Positions 53,101 to 61,389 of a stretch of 64,000 bases of DNA are shown here, piece after piece; within the stretch, counting starts at the first letter, position 1, and each line of letters starts with the position of its first letter. Below the pieces are notes generated by a model. The model ran no database searches. It saw only the letters and a list, made by a program, of their open reading frames with translations, and was not told the origin of the DNA. The stretch lies in the NCBI RefSeq assembly GCF_006345805.1, contig NC_042998.1:86428001-86492000 (forward strand), read 5' to 3'. The position numbers were made by a program, and so were the translations under genes. The stretch comes from Octopus sinensis (lineage: Eukaryota).

Positions 53101-56100
53101 AGAACTTTTAGTGATGTCTTTTATTAATTAAGGAAAAGTAGCATGGCAGACCTTTTAAAAGGTTGCTGAATGCTTTCAACAGAAAGGACTCTGCTAAGGA
53201 TACCCAAGAGCTTAATCCAGGTGACATTAAGTCTACTACCCCATTATGATGGACTTCTGCACAATTTTCATCTGTTATTCTTTTACTAGTTTCTGTAAAT
53301 AAATTGCAGTCAGACTGGGGCACTGCCTTATTTTCAATTTAGTTATTTGATCTCTTTTCATCAAACAGCTCATTTAACTTTTGAAATAACAGGATGCAAC
53401 TTGATACATCTAGTTTGCATCAGCATACACAACACACACTCACATTATTGTACATATTTGGATTGGATAGATCCTTTTGAATATCATTAATTGCATCTCA
53501 CCCTTTCTTACTTTCCTTTGTCATCATCTTCTTCATAAAAAGATCATCTGTTATCCTCCATATGCATGTCTGTACCAACACAGTTGTCATTCTTTCACAC
53601 TACAAGATATTCTTTTTATATCTAGTTTATATCTCAACTCAACTGTACCATGCATACTAACATTACACATACAGTGGAGCATGCTCGCTATATTTTCTAT
53701 CAATCTTTGCACATCTTCTGTGTTAATTGCCCATATCTTTCTACCATGCAATAATTTACTTCATAAACAAGCAGCATGCAATCTTCTCCTTGCTAGAAGA
53801 GAGAATCCTCTTGTTGCCAAAAGAGATAATAGTTCCTTGAAAATTTTCTACTCTGTTCTCATTTTGGGTACTGTATTTTCGGAGCATTCTTCTCCACTGC
53901 TGATCAAGTTTCCTAGGTAATAGAGGCTTTCAAGCATTGAAAAGAATTTATTTTGTTATTGTTATGACTACTAACCACTCTTGTATGCAGGCTACATACA
54001 AAGATTTTATTCACTGCCAACCTGCCTGTGAATCCAGAACACATTTTTGCATCCATAGTTCTCATGTACACCATATAGAGACCCTGCCTGGTGAAGTATG
54101 GCTCAAGCTAGTCACTTATACAATCAACCAGGTTATAAAGGGAGGTGTCATACCCAGTAACTGGCATAGCTATATAGTTATCAACTGGTACAGGGACAAA
54201 GGAGATGCTTTGGGAAGAAGTAACTACAGAAGCTTCTAACATATATTAGGTTATTAAAATAATGGAAACAAATACTAACACAGTTAGTAAGAGAATCAGC
54301 TTAAATGAATTTGGAATTATGTGATTACAAATCAGCTTCTTAACCATGTAGCCATTTGGCTATAAGGTTTTGAACTCAGTCTGGAAATCTTAACAGTGTG
54401 CCCATATCCTTATTAGAATTCTGTTTGACAATCTATTGTTTCTGCTAATTCATTGCCCTTTTGAATTTTAAATATAAAGTCATAATATTTTTAATTTCTT
54501 TATGTAAGAAAGTATTAATAACAATCTGTAACCCTGAGTAAGTCATTGGGTTACTACTGAAACCTTCCTTCAATTTATTTTGAACATCATTCTGTATGAA
54601 ATAGGCACATGGAACAATTCTTAATATATCTTTGTTGTGATGAAATTTGATTTGATTCACTAATTCAGGAAGCTTGTGACACTGTTCCAATTACAAAACG
54701 AATGTGTTAGAGTAGTAAATGATTACCATTTCTATATGCATTGTTTCTGAACTTATTACAACTGAAAATGGGTATTTTAGTGAGATATTCTGCTTGAAGT
54801 AGACTGTTATGTCGTCTTATGTTGATGATAACGTCATGGTGATTGTAATTGAAGTTAGATATGTTAATCTTAGTGCAGTACTTTGATTGACACACAAGAA
54901 AAATATAAAATCTGTACCACTAGATAATTAATTCTGCACATTTGTAGTTTATGTATAATCTGACTGGGAAGTATGTACCATTAATTATACAAACACTGAA
55001 TTTTATCTCCATGAAATTTAAAATTCAAATTCTCTGATTGTCATCCAGGTTGTCCTGATTCCTGTCACTTCTAATCCAGAATTATTATCCTCTACATTTC
55101 ACTCAAGTGTTCTATGTTTGACATAGTCTTTGTGGATGGATGCCTTTTCTAACACCAAGTGCTTTACAAAGTGTAGTTGGTGCATTTTTTCATGGCATCA
55201 ACATTAGAGAAGTTGTCTTCTCAACTGTTTATTGTCTCTACTTGTTTACCACCCATTTCACTGAATTTTCTGGGTGCATAATATTGTGACACCAGCAGTA
55301 GTGAGTTTGTCTTGTGCCTCTTCAAGATACTTTGCATCCTTGCTACTCTACTGTATCACCATTCGTTCTAGGCAATGTGACCAAGGCTGATAGGAGAAAA
55401 AGTGATAACAGAAGAACCAGGATGAGTGGGTAAAAGAAGCAAGAGTATGATGGCAGAAGCAGAGTGATAATACAATGACTAGCAGAGAGGAGGAGTGGGA
55501 AGAGGATGAGGAGTACTGAAAGATTAGTGATAGAAAAATGAGAGTGTAACAGAGAGGTGGGCAGCAGTAGATGAAGATTTAAGTAAGACAATTTAAGCTA
55601 GAAGGCCAAAAATATATATCTATGTATGTATGTATGTATGGATGAATGGATGGGTGGTAGTGGGGTGGGTGGATGGATGGATGGATGGAAGTTATCCTTC
55701 TGTTCATCTCCCAGCTCTATTTGTGGTGTGTGTTTGGCGAGATCTATTGTGGTTATTTTTCATTATGTCCAGTCTAAGCTTAATTATTCTTTAACATTAT
55801 CTGACTATCTCTACTTTATTTATTTCTTTGCTAACATTATGCCAACTCCATCCAATCTTATTGTGATTACCCACTAAGAGGCCTGGAAAGAGGTTTCTCT
55901 ATCAAGGGGTTTGGGGTAATTGCTCTTTTGGCTCTATGTATGGCATTGACATCTGGACCCAAAAAATTCCATGATAATTTTTCATTCAAATTTAGTATAC
56001 AAATAAATTCTTTATTTGAAAGACATTCTATTTATAGATATATAATACTTTCTGTAGCATTCCTGAAAAACAACCTAAGGCTTAACATCAGAACTTAATT

Positions 56101-59100
56101 TGTATTAGGTTGGCAACTAAGTTCCCGCCGCTTTTTTAAATTTAAATTTTTTAAAAGGTTTCATAAAAATTAACAACTAATTAATCAATAATATATTCAC
56201 CCTTATTGTTTACACCTTCTTCCCAAAGTTCAACAAGATTTTCAATACCTCGTTGGTAGAAATCACCAGATTTCGACTCGAAAAATTGATCCAACCAAGC
56301 TCTCAATTCTGCATCAATATTGAATGAAACTCCACGCATAGCATTTCAAAGAGATCGATAGGGGTGGAAATCCATTGGTGCCAAACCAAGAGAGTATGGC
56401 GGGTGTGGCAGCACTTCCTAGCCTTGCGTTTGAATAGCTTCCTTGGTCATATTGGTGTTATGAGGGCAGGTGTTCTCGTGCAGTAGAAGAACTCCATGCT
56501 TCCGATTAGGTCTTTTCTCTTGAACAACTGTGTTGAGTCATTCCATCTGTTGAACATAGAGTTCCGCGTTGACTGTTTGGTTCCATTCAAGCAATTCATA
56601 ATGGATAATCCCTTCCTAGTCCCACCATATACACAACATCGTTTTACGCGAATGAAGATCTTGTTTCATGTGCGGTGTCACTTGTTTACCAGGGCTAAGC
56701 CATTCCTTATGCTGCTTCATATTGATGTACAGGCACAATTTTTCGTCACCAGTAACGATTCAGTAAAGAAATTGTTGCTTGTGTCTATGAATTGAGCGGT
56801 GATGAGCAAGCAAACCAGTGGAGATTGTGGCTCGTTGATTTTTGTTGTTGTCACTTCAAGCATGCAGAACCCATGCTCCATACTTCTGAACTTTTCCCAT
56901 TGAGTGAAGGTGCTTCGCTATAGCAGTGTGGGAGCATTTCATTTTCTCTACCAGTTCCCTTGTTGTTTGACGAGAATTTTCATGCAAAAGTTGGTTTAAT
57001 TGCTCTTTGAACTCAACTGGACCGCCAGAATGAGGTGTGTCTTTGAGGTCAAGGTTTCCATTTTTGAACTTGGCATACCAATCACGAGTGGTTCTTTCAG
57101 CTATGGCACCCTCTCCATACACAGCACAAATGTTGCGAGCAGCTTTTGCGTCCTTAGAACCTTGATTAAAAGCAAAAAGAAGGAGGTGTTGAAAATGCGC
57201 ATTTTTCTTAACTTGACATTCCATTTTAATGATCTGAAAAATAAGCAAAAATTAACTACATTCAAATAGAAAAAAAAAAAAAAGATTCCAAAATGATTCA
57301 AAAATAGAATTCTCGAAGAAAATAGATTCCAAATTTTAAAAACAAAATAAATTCCAAAATTTAAAAAACCAGCGGGAACTTAGTTGCCAACCCAATATAT
57401 TGACTTGATTTCTATTTGAATCAACTGTGATATATAATTATACATTACAGCTGATTCAAATAGAAATCAAGTTAATATATCATATTTAAGAATTCAGTTA
57501 ATCAATATTCCCTTATTTCATGAAAGTATTGAAAGCAGAGTTAGGTGTATACTTCTATTAATCAGTTGTTTCCAAGCTATGCTCATGGAAGGGTTTGACT
57601 TTTATACTTTTAAGTAAATGAAACACTCATCAATTATATACAGAAAGGTAGTGAAGTTAAAAAACTGGCAGGGTGTCAAATAAAAGCTTTGTGATGTTTA
57701 ATTAATCTGAGGTCAAATAATTCCAGACTTGCCTTTCATCCTTCTTAGATTGATAAAATAAAGGAATTGGTTTAATTTGATTGTTTCTTCTAATTATATT
57801 TGTGGCTTTGCTAGAAGCCAGTTATTTAGTTGTAAGTAAAACATTCATCAATAGGTACTGCTGCATATAATATCTATTAACATCCCGGTAGACTGGATAA
57901 GCAAGTGTTATCTGTCTTAGCCATGGAGACAGTATAATGTCAGTAACAAGGTACAAATTGTTAACTCTGTGAAAAGAAGGTTTACAATATCAGTCCATTG
58001 TAACATCTAGTAAATGAAACATGTAAAAATTGTTTTCTTATATTCTCTAATTATATTCCTTGCAGATAGTTGGCTTTTAAACGTTACTGCAAAAGATGAT
58101 GATAAGACAAGTCCATTCAATCGGGTGAACTTCCGTCTAAAAACACAAACCAGTGTCTTTCGCATAAATTCAGAGGATGGAAGTATTTTTCTCAGCAGTA
58201 AATTGAACCGTGAAGATAAATCCTTTTACAATCTCACCGTTCTTGCCACTGACGGAGGAACTCCATCTAAAACAGCCACTACTGAAGTAAATGTCATTGT
58301 AGAAGACGTTAATGATGAAACACCAGAACTGATACTGGGTAAAACAAATATAGAACTTTATGAAAACATAACCATTAATTCTTATATTACTTCAATAAAA
58401 GCTACAGACAAGGACTTGAATAGTAAGCTGATTTTCAATATTTCACAAGAGACAATTGAAATAAATGGAAAAGGAAGAGAAGTCAATAAAAATACTATCG
58501 TGGTAAGACATTTTTGGATTTTTTTGCTTGAAATAGAACTTGTTTTTCAGAATGTTTAACAAAGTTTTTATGGCCTACTTCTCACTAATTTTTATATTTT
58601 TCAAATTCAAAACACTTGCATAGTTGGAGTGTATTTTACAGCCCAATGACAATTCTAATATTAATCACTTGACTGTGAAGGTAAAAGGTGTTAGTTGTTG
58701 TTCTTGTTATTTAGTCCTAGTTTATTTTTTATGTAGAACTATGACCAAAAGTATTCCAACTGTGACAATCACACTTATTTTTTCTGACACATCACATTCT
58801 GGAATACATTATCCAAAATTTTTTCACTTGACATGGTTGGATGTGATTTGAGGGAAATTTAGCAACTGTTTCTATCATGTTAAGTGACTAAAAATCCGTT
58901 TGACCAGTGTTTTTTTTTTCAAGAGGCTAAATTTTGTAGTGTTGTGTTTAAAAGCCTTAACAGAAGTTAGTAAACAATCTGGAATTTAATTCCTTCTCAG
59001 ATTAGGTATTATTGACTCAGTTATTTGGTTTAATGTCCATTTTCCAGTTTCTGCATGAACCAGATTAAATTTTTTGAGGTAGATAGCTGGATGCCCTTTT

Positions 59101-59252
59101 CATTGCTATCTGTCATCTAATCCAAGCAAGGCAATATTTTCCAATAGTCAGGCATGTTTCCATGGAAGATTGGAAAATATGTTCATTTACATGTCATGAA
59201 ATGTCAAGACCATTGGACACACACAAACACATGCACAGACATGCACACACAC

Positions 59253-59295
<43 letters not shown>

Positions 59296-59610
59296 ACACA
59301 CACACATACACACACATGCACACACACAAACACATATACACACGCACGACAAGCTTCTTTCAGTTCTTGTCTACCAACTTCACCCATAATTATTTCGGAG
59401 TTAAAAAAAATCCTGGCATCATATTCATAGAAACCAAAAGAAAATGCTAATCATAATCATGCAATCCATTTCAGCCATATTTTGAGATTGATCACAATAC
59501 GGGAAATATTACTCTAAAGGAAAAACTAGACAGAGAAACATTTGAGCGTATCATACTAAAAGTTGAAGTATCAGATCAGAATACTGTTGTGGGAGTTGGA
59601 ACAGCAACAG
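2271..59610 (+). CDS. Multi-exon cadherin-repeat protein (CDH23/CDHR/Cad87A-like), partial: 11 internal exons, ~630 aa, ~5.5 EC repeats
   Basis: join(2271..2349,5586..5707,9961..10149,12275..12439,23439..23594,35826..35887,37788..38025,40363..40596,52893..52965,58066..58502,59475..59610). All junctions are AG/GT, phases are compatible and there are no stops. Motifs LDRE/LDYE, DxNDN and AxDxD recur. The subfamily call rests on remembered similarity to CDH23/CDHR2/Cad87A (e.g. LDREDPVINKLDGVCTVEIKAYE; YEKEKQMTFKIVAED) and was not searched. Confidence 0.93.
2477..2533. repeat. (TA)n microsatellite; others at ~3039-3077, 3660-3685, 13650-13682, 20707-20762, 29925-29950, 30195-30224, 38585-38618
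   Basis: Direct inspection. Confidence 0.97.
2586..2775. repeat. Unclassified interspersed repeat, inverted relative to a copy at ~21235-21420
   Basis: gcatgcattctctcttgatgacccc...gcatgttgtttgcaaaacatatat is the diverged reverse complement of atatatttgcaaacaacttgcac...caggagagaatgcacac. Confidence 0.55.
2789..3035 (+). mobile_element. RTE LINE 3' UTR fragment with (ATG)n tail
   Basis: ggcacgtaaaagcacccactacactc...ggcgttaggaagggcatccagctgtagaaac...gacgttaaacgatgatg, same layout as the RT-bearing copies at 12.6 and 24 kb. Confidence 0.8.
3076..3554. mobile_element. MITE with perfect 77-bp terminal inverted repeats, inserted in (TA)n
   Basis: 3078-3154 is the exact reverse complement of 3476-3552; non-coding interior; TA-rich flanks. 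Confidence 0.9.
4140..4780 (-). mobile_element. Degenerate Penelope-like GIY-YIG fragment
   Basis: Minus-strand reading RCGMC*YMQTGKS...FTNADMNCKSRNLI*CI...VRQRMH resembles the PLE linker and endonuclease. Confidence 0.55.
4825..5126 (+). mobile_element. Mariner deletion derivative (3' part with right TIR)
   Basis: ITGDESWCY followed by the C-terminal segment; ends tttgggtacctcttcg|TA; same family as 7372-8220. Confidence 0.7.
5586..5707 (+). CDS. Cadherin exon 2 (DSCSSFSISNDSGEVRIKSDNLDREDPVINKLDGVCTVEIK)
   Basis: ttttcAG acceptor, aag|GTattt donor; LDRE motif; phase 1 to 0. Confidence 0.92.
5810..6200. mobile_element. Two MetaSINE-like tRNA-derived SINE copies (minus ~5810-5960, plus ~6010-6200)
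   Basis: gagttcaaat...gtcaactttgc...tttcatccttc...aagtac core seen in both orientations. Confidence 0.6.
6640..7000 (-). mobile_element. Degenerate RTE 3' UTR copy
   Basis: catcatcatcatttaac tail; gctggatgcc..ttcctaat..ccaacc box present twice. Confidence 0.65.
7372..8220 (+). mobile_element. Mariner transposon, internally deleted and frameshifted
   Basis: Left TIR TA|catgggggtacccaaaataacc; HTH region (EWFSCFRNG...SGQSLTS...ILEDHHQTIDEL); ITGDE box; C-terminal WK..LDRCIASN. Confidence 0.85.
8230..9590 (-). mobile_element. Degenerate RTE LINE (RT and C-terminal region)
   Basis: Minus strand gives SVLSPLLFIIVLQAMTQKFKISCLWELL*ADDLAL and LSTWRKLLTEY; homologous to 24157-25550. Confidence 0.8.
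9961..10149 (+). CDS. Cadherin exon 3 (AYEVINN...VEDVNDNDPFF...TVKDEDT)
   Basis: ttttatAG acceptor, acg|GTactg donor; DVNDN linker; 189 nt, phase 0 to 0. Confidence 0.92.
10697..10938 (+). mobile_element. MetaSINE-like tRNA-derived SINE; further copies at ~11745-11910, 37480-37720, 47420-47560, 52310-52480, 59890-60050, 62540-62660, 63320-63730
   Basis: tRNA-like head aaggcagcaagctgacagaatcgttagc...gagttcaaattc, then gtcaactttgc(c)tttcatcc...aataagtaccag...ctggggttgatgtaa; the Meta-domain resemblance is from memory. Confidence 0.7.
12275..12439 (+). CDS. Cadherin exon 4 (VEYSKFSLSL...ELDYEKEKQMTFK)
   Basis: gttttAG acceptor, aag|GTaggt donor; LDYE motif; 165 nt, phase 0 to 0. Confidence 0.92.
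12577..13396 (+). mobile_element. 5'-truncated RTE LINE: end of ORF, 3' UTR tandem array and (ATG)n tail, with 8-bp TSD ATAGCTTA
   Basis: RWYGHVLRM...RGRPRKTWDEVVKHDL (ORF 12610..12846); atagctta at 12569-12576 and 13397-13404. Confidence 0.9.
13684..14910 (-). mobile_element. Tc1-type transposon with ~28-bp TIRs, decayed transposase
   Basis: caggggtgggacaaaataatggaaaca / tgtttccattattttgtccaaaccctg|TA; ORFs 14316..14591 and 13915..14172 (FQDDNAP...WPELNIIEHL). Confidence 0.9.
15390..17200 (-). mobile_element. Degenerate CR1-group LINE with (ATT)n tail
   Basis: SQFGFIPNSSC...DVVYLDFAKAFNSVPHKRL (ORF 16526..16795); its 3' UTR resembles 6360-6470. Confidence 0.8.
17900..20425 (-). mobile_element. 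Gypsy/Ty3 LTR retrotransposon remnant: 5' LTR ~20253-20425, PBS-like TGGCG, poly-Q gag, RNase H, integrase; protease/RT deleted
   Basis: Integrase HIGHPGISKMKSLMRSYVYWP...PWARLHVDYAG and GLPDTIVFENGTQF; RNase H NYSQIEKEALAIIFA; gag EFSYNPDEGITF; LTR starts TGTTATAA. Confidence 0.85.
19285..19570 (+). repeat. Unclassified ~280-bp GC-rich element inside the gypsy remnant; homologous to 48690-48935 (inverted)
   Basis: gaagaggccagggaacagaagaaagaagacatgcaccc...agagctgaagacacctccgaaag shared almost letter for letter. Confidence 0.8.
20460..20880 (-). mobile_element. tRNA-derived SINE with central (TA)n/(CA)n, near full length
   Basis: gtcgagcaaatcgaccccaggacttattc...gggcttctttc...ctaccaaatccac..acaaggctttggtcggcccgaggctata...cacttgcccaaggtgcc. 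Confidence 0.8.
20985..21215 (+). mobile_element. tRNA-derived SINE of a third family
   Basis: A-box-like tggcctagtggttagg, B-box-like gatttgattccc, then gcaaaacactttcatgttgctcc. Confidence 0.6.
21540..22300 (-). mobile_element. Highly degenerate RLE-type (R4/NeSL-like) LINE fragment
   Basis: CRCRETSNTETH...YLKVHFNAV zinc-knuckle-like segment and ADIVITCEEK resembling the PD-(D/E)xK motif. Confidence 0.45.
23060..23420 (+). mobile_element. tRNA-derived SINE ending just before exon 5
   Basis: gtggttaagaaactcac...ggttcaattccactg...ctgggacaaatgtcttctattatagcc...ggcagtgccccagtatgg...gaaacaagtaaaagataaaagat. Confidence 0.8.
23439..23594 (+). CDS. Cadherin exon 5 (IVAEDKASSK...LEILPVDEFLPQF...GNLITIT)
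   Basis: ttttccAG acceptor, act|GTaagt donor; 156 nt, phase 0 to 0; not in the ORF track, read manually. Confidence 0.9.
24157..26090 (+). mobile_element. 5'-truncated RTE LINE (RT, C-terminus, 3' UTR array, (ATG)n tail), sense to the host gene
   Basis: FGFVPGRSTTDAIFLVRQL, FVDLEKAFDR, GVHQGSVLSPLL, LLYADDLAL; frameshifts and stops present. Confidence 0.92.
26133..26313 (+). mobile_element. ~180-bp element embedded in (AAT)n; second copy at 62680-62860 (minus)
   Basis: ccccaccggcaaggtcat...gtgcctggtgtacccttatcagac...ccccagtgtcactttgatggcatgcactgctctctcactc, then (AAT)n. Confidence 0.75.
26701..29235 (-). mobile_element. hAT (Charlie-like) DNA transposon, decayed, with 8-bp TSD AGTTACAC
   Basis: TSD at 26693-26700 and 29236-29243; termini cagtgcttcccaaa / tttgggaagctatg; transposase LSNNTISRHID...LSIQVDESTVV; subterminal (t)cgcccac/tcacccac repeats. 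Confidence 0.92.
29947..30113. repeat. 167-bp near-perfect loopless palindrome
   Basis: Arms 29947-30029 and 30030-30113 are reverse complements with one substitution and one 1-nt indel. Confidence 0.95.
30225..31235 (-). mobile_element. 5'-truncated RTE LINE with 63-64-bp tandem array in the 3' UTR, inserted in (TA)n
   Basis: (CAT)n tail at the left end; RGRP..TWDEVVKHDL homology at the right; units start at 30396, 30459, 30522, 30586, 30650, 30713. Confidence 0.9.
31260..31410 (-). mobile_element. tRNA-derived SINE 5' half
   Basis: gggcttcttt...actcacaagg...gactatagtagaaaacactt...cagtgggactgaacc. Confidence 0.65.
31748..35260 (-). mobile_element. CR1-group LINE: ORF1 remnant with CCCH finger, APE endonuclease, RT, (AATC)n tail; frameshifted
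   Basis: APE in ORF 33844..34929 (LLNIRGL, ALTETHL, GGVAMYI, LMGDLNLP, LDLCFTN, SDHNMI); RT YLDFAKAFDKV, GVPQGTVLGPLLF, YADDTK. Confidence 0.95.
35826..35887 (+). CDS. Cadherin exon 6 (ATDEDSGKDGEVTYAIFGDN)
   Basis: attttAG acceptor, ag|GTaagt donor; ATDxD motif; 62 nt, phase 0 to 2. Confidence 0.9.
36280..37330 (-). mobile_element. Two adjacent RTE 3'-end copies (36280-36760 with hairpin array; 36850-37330 more decayed)
   Basis: catcatcgtttagcgtccgttttccatgctagcatggg...ctggatgcccttcctaacgccaacc; repeated ggatggtgctttttatgtgccactggcac. Confidence 0.85.
37788..38025 (+). CDS. Cadherin exon 7 (FTIDSKNGTISVSKKLDYE...EGINDNAPIF...FEYEITVQ)
   Basis: gaaacAG acceptor, caa|GTaagt donor; 238 nt, phase 2 to 0. 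Confidence 0.92.
38618..39545 (-). mobile_element. 5'-truncated RTE LINE with decayed 3' UTR array, next to (TA)n
   Basis: (CAT)n tail; RGRPRKTWDEVVKHNL homology at ~39270-39330. Confidence 0.88.
40363..40596 (+). CDS. Cadherin exon 8 (ATDADKENSG...NIDYESL...VVNITVL)
   Basis: cactatAG acceptor, ttg|GTgagt donor; 234 nt, phase 0 to 0. Confidence 0.92.
41480..41900 (+). mobile_element. Degenerate Penelope-like GIY-YIG fragment
   Basis: KRIYTQHMKSFKCRDRENY and SYTPGVC..QLYEKLYML resemble the PLE endonuclease C-terminus. Confidence 0.5.
42400..44290 (+). mobile_element. Degenerate R4/Dong-like RLE LINE with (TACA)n in the 3' UTR
   Basis: HCFFVDNLKPYA (RT domain), FAIQEQEISTKY, CRLCG..TEDITDIISSC knuckle, HNRPEIMIWDREEKLCTAVEISCP...PVIIGTLG. 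Confidence 0.8.
44303..47005 (-). mobile_element. RTE-BovB-like LINE, 5'-truncated within APE, decayed
   Basis: TTWMHPMSKVWYLLDYVI...CWTDHSLV; ESQCGFRSCRRTMDMIF; FIDLSKAFDTV; GVKQGEILAPTLF; C-terminal C2H2-like CNICSHVCLTRAGLISH. Confidence 0.92.
47626..47860. mobile_element. Helentron-associated (HINE/DINE-1-like) element, 5' part
   Basis: ttacctgtgccttagcgaaagtggaggtattgttttt...; same family as 62897-63250; right boundary uncertain. Confidence 0.5.
48690..48967 (-). repeat. Unclassified element abutting the HERO-like 3' end; homologous to 19285-19570
   Basis: Direct sequence match; lacks a 42-nt block present at 19467-19508; 12-bp palindrome TGTCACGTGACA at 48956-48967. Confidence 0.75.
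48970..52230 (-). mobile_element. Near-full-length HERO-like (R2-group) non-LTR retrotransposon: RT, CCHC knuckle, restriction-like endonuclease
   Basis: 543-aa open RT segment (FRPISLLN, WLDLANAYGSVPH, GIAAGCTISVILF, AFMDDVT); CRCREKATVRHVLSSC; PDLVLW...LELTVPWEE; few frameshifts. Clade call from remembered HERO motifs. Confidence 0.9.
52893..52965 (+). CDS. Cadherin exon 9 (DVNDNGPQFQESSYNISIKENLTE)
   Basis: ttctgtAG acceptor, g|GTttgt donor; DVNDN linker; phase 0 to 1. Confidence 0.9.
53050..54300. mobile_element. Highly decayed, rearranged RTE fragments in both orientations
   Basis: YLGNLISSGEECSEN on minus; VIPSNWH...YRDKGDALGRSNYRS on plus. Confidence 0.55.
56105..57395 (-). mobile_element. 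Full-length (~1.29 kb) mariner element with TIRs and TA TSD, transposase disrupted
   Basis: TA|ttaggttggcaactaagttcccgc ... gcgggaacttagttgccaacccaa|TA; HTH ORF 56856..57248; downstream ITGDEK, HPPYSLGLAPMDFH remnants. Confidence 0.95.
58066..58502 (+). CDS. Cadherin exon 10 (DSWLLNVTAKDDD...VEDVNDETP...VNKNTIV)
   Basis: ccttgcAG acceptor, gtg|GTaaga donor; matches ORF 58014..58559; 437 nt, phase 1 to 0. Confidence 0.93.
59215..59345. repeat. Compound (CA)n microsatellite in intron 10
   Basis: Direct inspection. Confidence 0.95.
59475..59610 (+). CDS. Cadherin exon 11 (PYFEIDHNTGNITLKEKLDRETF...GVGTAT)
   Basis: atttcAG acceptor, g|GTaagg donor; LDRE motif; phase 0 to 1; gene continues past the window. 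Confidence 0.92.
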
Positions 59611-60059
59611 GTAAGGAAATATATCCCTTATGCGAATGTTATTTATAATAAACTTCTTATTGTTATTCATACACTTTCACAAAGTCTAAATTTGTTGAGT
59701 AGGGTTGTAAAGTCAAATTGATTCCAACATATATATTTGAAGTGATAAAATACAAAACGTCTAAGGGGATTGATTAACTGAACTGCACCTTTCCAATAAA
59801 ACCTTGTAAATCTATACTAATGAAGAATTTACCATCATGAAAATCATTTCCCTGTCATTATCATCAATACCATTATTATATCCTTAGTGGCATTTCTTCT
59901 GGCTCTTGACATTCTGAATTCAAATTTTGATGAGGTCGATTTTACCTTTCATCTTCTTGGGATCAATAAAATAAGTACCGGTTAAGTACTAGGGTCAATG
60001 TAATAGATTAATTCACTTCCCCACAAATTTCAGGCCTTGTGCCTATAGTGAAAAGGATT

Positions 60060-61250
60060 ATTATTGTTTTTATTATTATTATTATTATAATTTTCTCTTT
60101 ATTACTGGTTTTGTTGGAGATTCTGGAGTCTTGCATGTGTAGCGGGCTTACTACCTGCTACAATACCATGCTATTTGTTTTTTTCAGCTATCTAATACTT
60201 TCCTGGTTATTCTGGCTATGTCAAGGTAGCAAACTTTTTGTAACAGTTCTACTGGGCACTTTATTCCAATTTCCTTTATATTCCTCTTGATACCTTCTGA
60301 TACTGTTCCCAAGGACCCAACAATAATTGGCACTGTCTTCACCTTCTTCATTTTCCATAGGCAGCCTATTTCATACTTAAGAGAGTTGTATCTTTCTTTC
60401 ACTTTCCTTCTTGACTATTCATGGGTCAAAAGGACATGCAACATCAACTATACAGCATATGTGGTGCACTTTGTCCACCACCATTAAGTCCAGTCTGTTA
60501 TGCTCTAGCACCTGATCTGTTTGGATTGGGAAATCACAGAGGATTTTGCTAGTCTCTAACTCTGCCACTCTCTGCAGTTTATGCTCATATTCACATCCTG
60601 CCTCTCTCTAGCTCCCACTTTTTGCACGGTTTCCAATGTTGCACTCTCACTACCTGGTCATGTTGCCACAACTTGTAGTGGTTTCCAGGGCAAGTCTAGG
60701 ACATTTGTTCATGATATGGGCAATGGTTTCATCCACCCTATTGCAGATGCAGCACATCGGAAACATATTCTCATTCCAAAAGTTGACCCTCCAGTTCATG
60801 GCCAATGTTTGGTCTTGTGCTGCCAGTATAGTGCTCACAGTCTCTTTTTTTGGGGTTCCTTTCATCAGCCAATCCCACCTATTTTGTCCAGCAACTTCTG
60901 TTGTGGCTACAAGGAATTGATTGTGTAGTCCCTTCTTGTGTAATTCTTTATTCCCTGTTTGTACACCTTCCTTTGTTTACCCTGTTTTTCTCTGCTCTCA
61001 ATGCTCCCACATTCCTAACTGTCACTAGCAAGGTTTTCTTACTTTGGGCTAGGTATTTCATTAAGCTCTCAAGTTCGATATGCATGCAGTCTTCCATATT
61101 TGCTCTCTTCATGTATAGGCAATCAATGTCTGCATGTGGATGACAGGCTCCGTGCATTGTTGGGAGCTTTCTTGACTTCCTGTCCATCTCCTTTAGCTTC
61201 TCCTCTGTCCACTTCAGGATTGACCCTTCAGTTCATGACCAAACCTTGGT
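60060..61250 (-). mobile_element. R4/Dong-like RLE LINE 3' part between (AAT)n tracts
   Basis: KETVSTILAAQDQTL, CCICNRVDETIAHIMNKC, ERYNSLKYEIGCLWKMKKVKTVPIIVGSLG. Confidence 0.85.
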
Positions 61251-61256
61251 CTTGCA

Positions 61257-61257
<1 letters not shown>

Positions 61258-61306
<49 letters not shown>

Positions 61307-61320
61307 GTAGTAGTAGTAGT

Positions 61321-61380
<60 letters not shown>
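61258..61380. repeat. (ATT)n(AGT)n(ATT)n microsatellite; (AAT)n also at ~26314-26362, 62860-62900, 63465-63503
   Basis: Direct inspection. Confidence 0.97.
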
Positions 61381-61381
<1 letters not shown>

Positions 61382-61389
61382 CTTCATAA

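Noticed and set aside
2271-59610. Member of the expanded cephalopod protocadherin clusters
   Set aside because: Those genes encode most of the ectodomain in few large exons, as far as I recall; this gene has many small exons and CDH23/Cad87A-type sequence features
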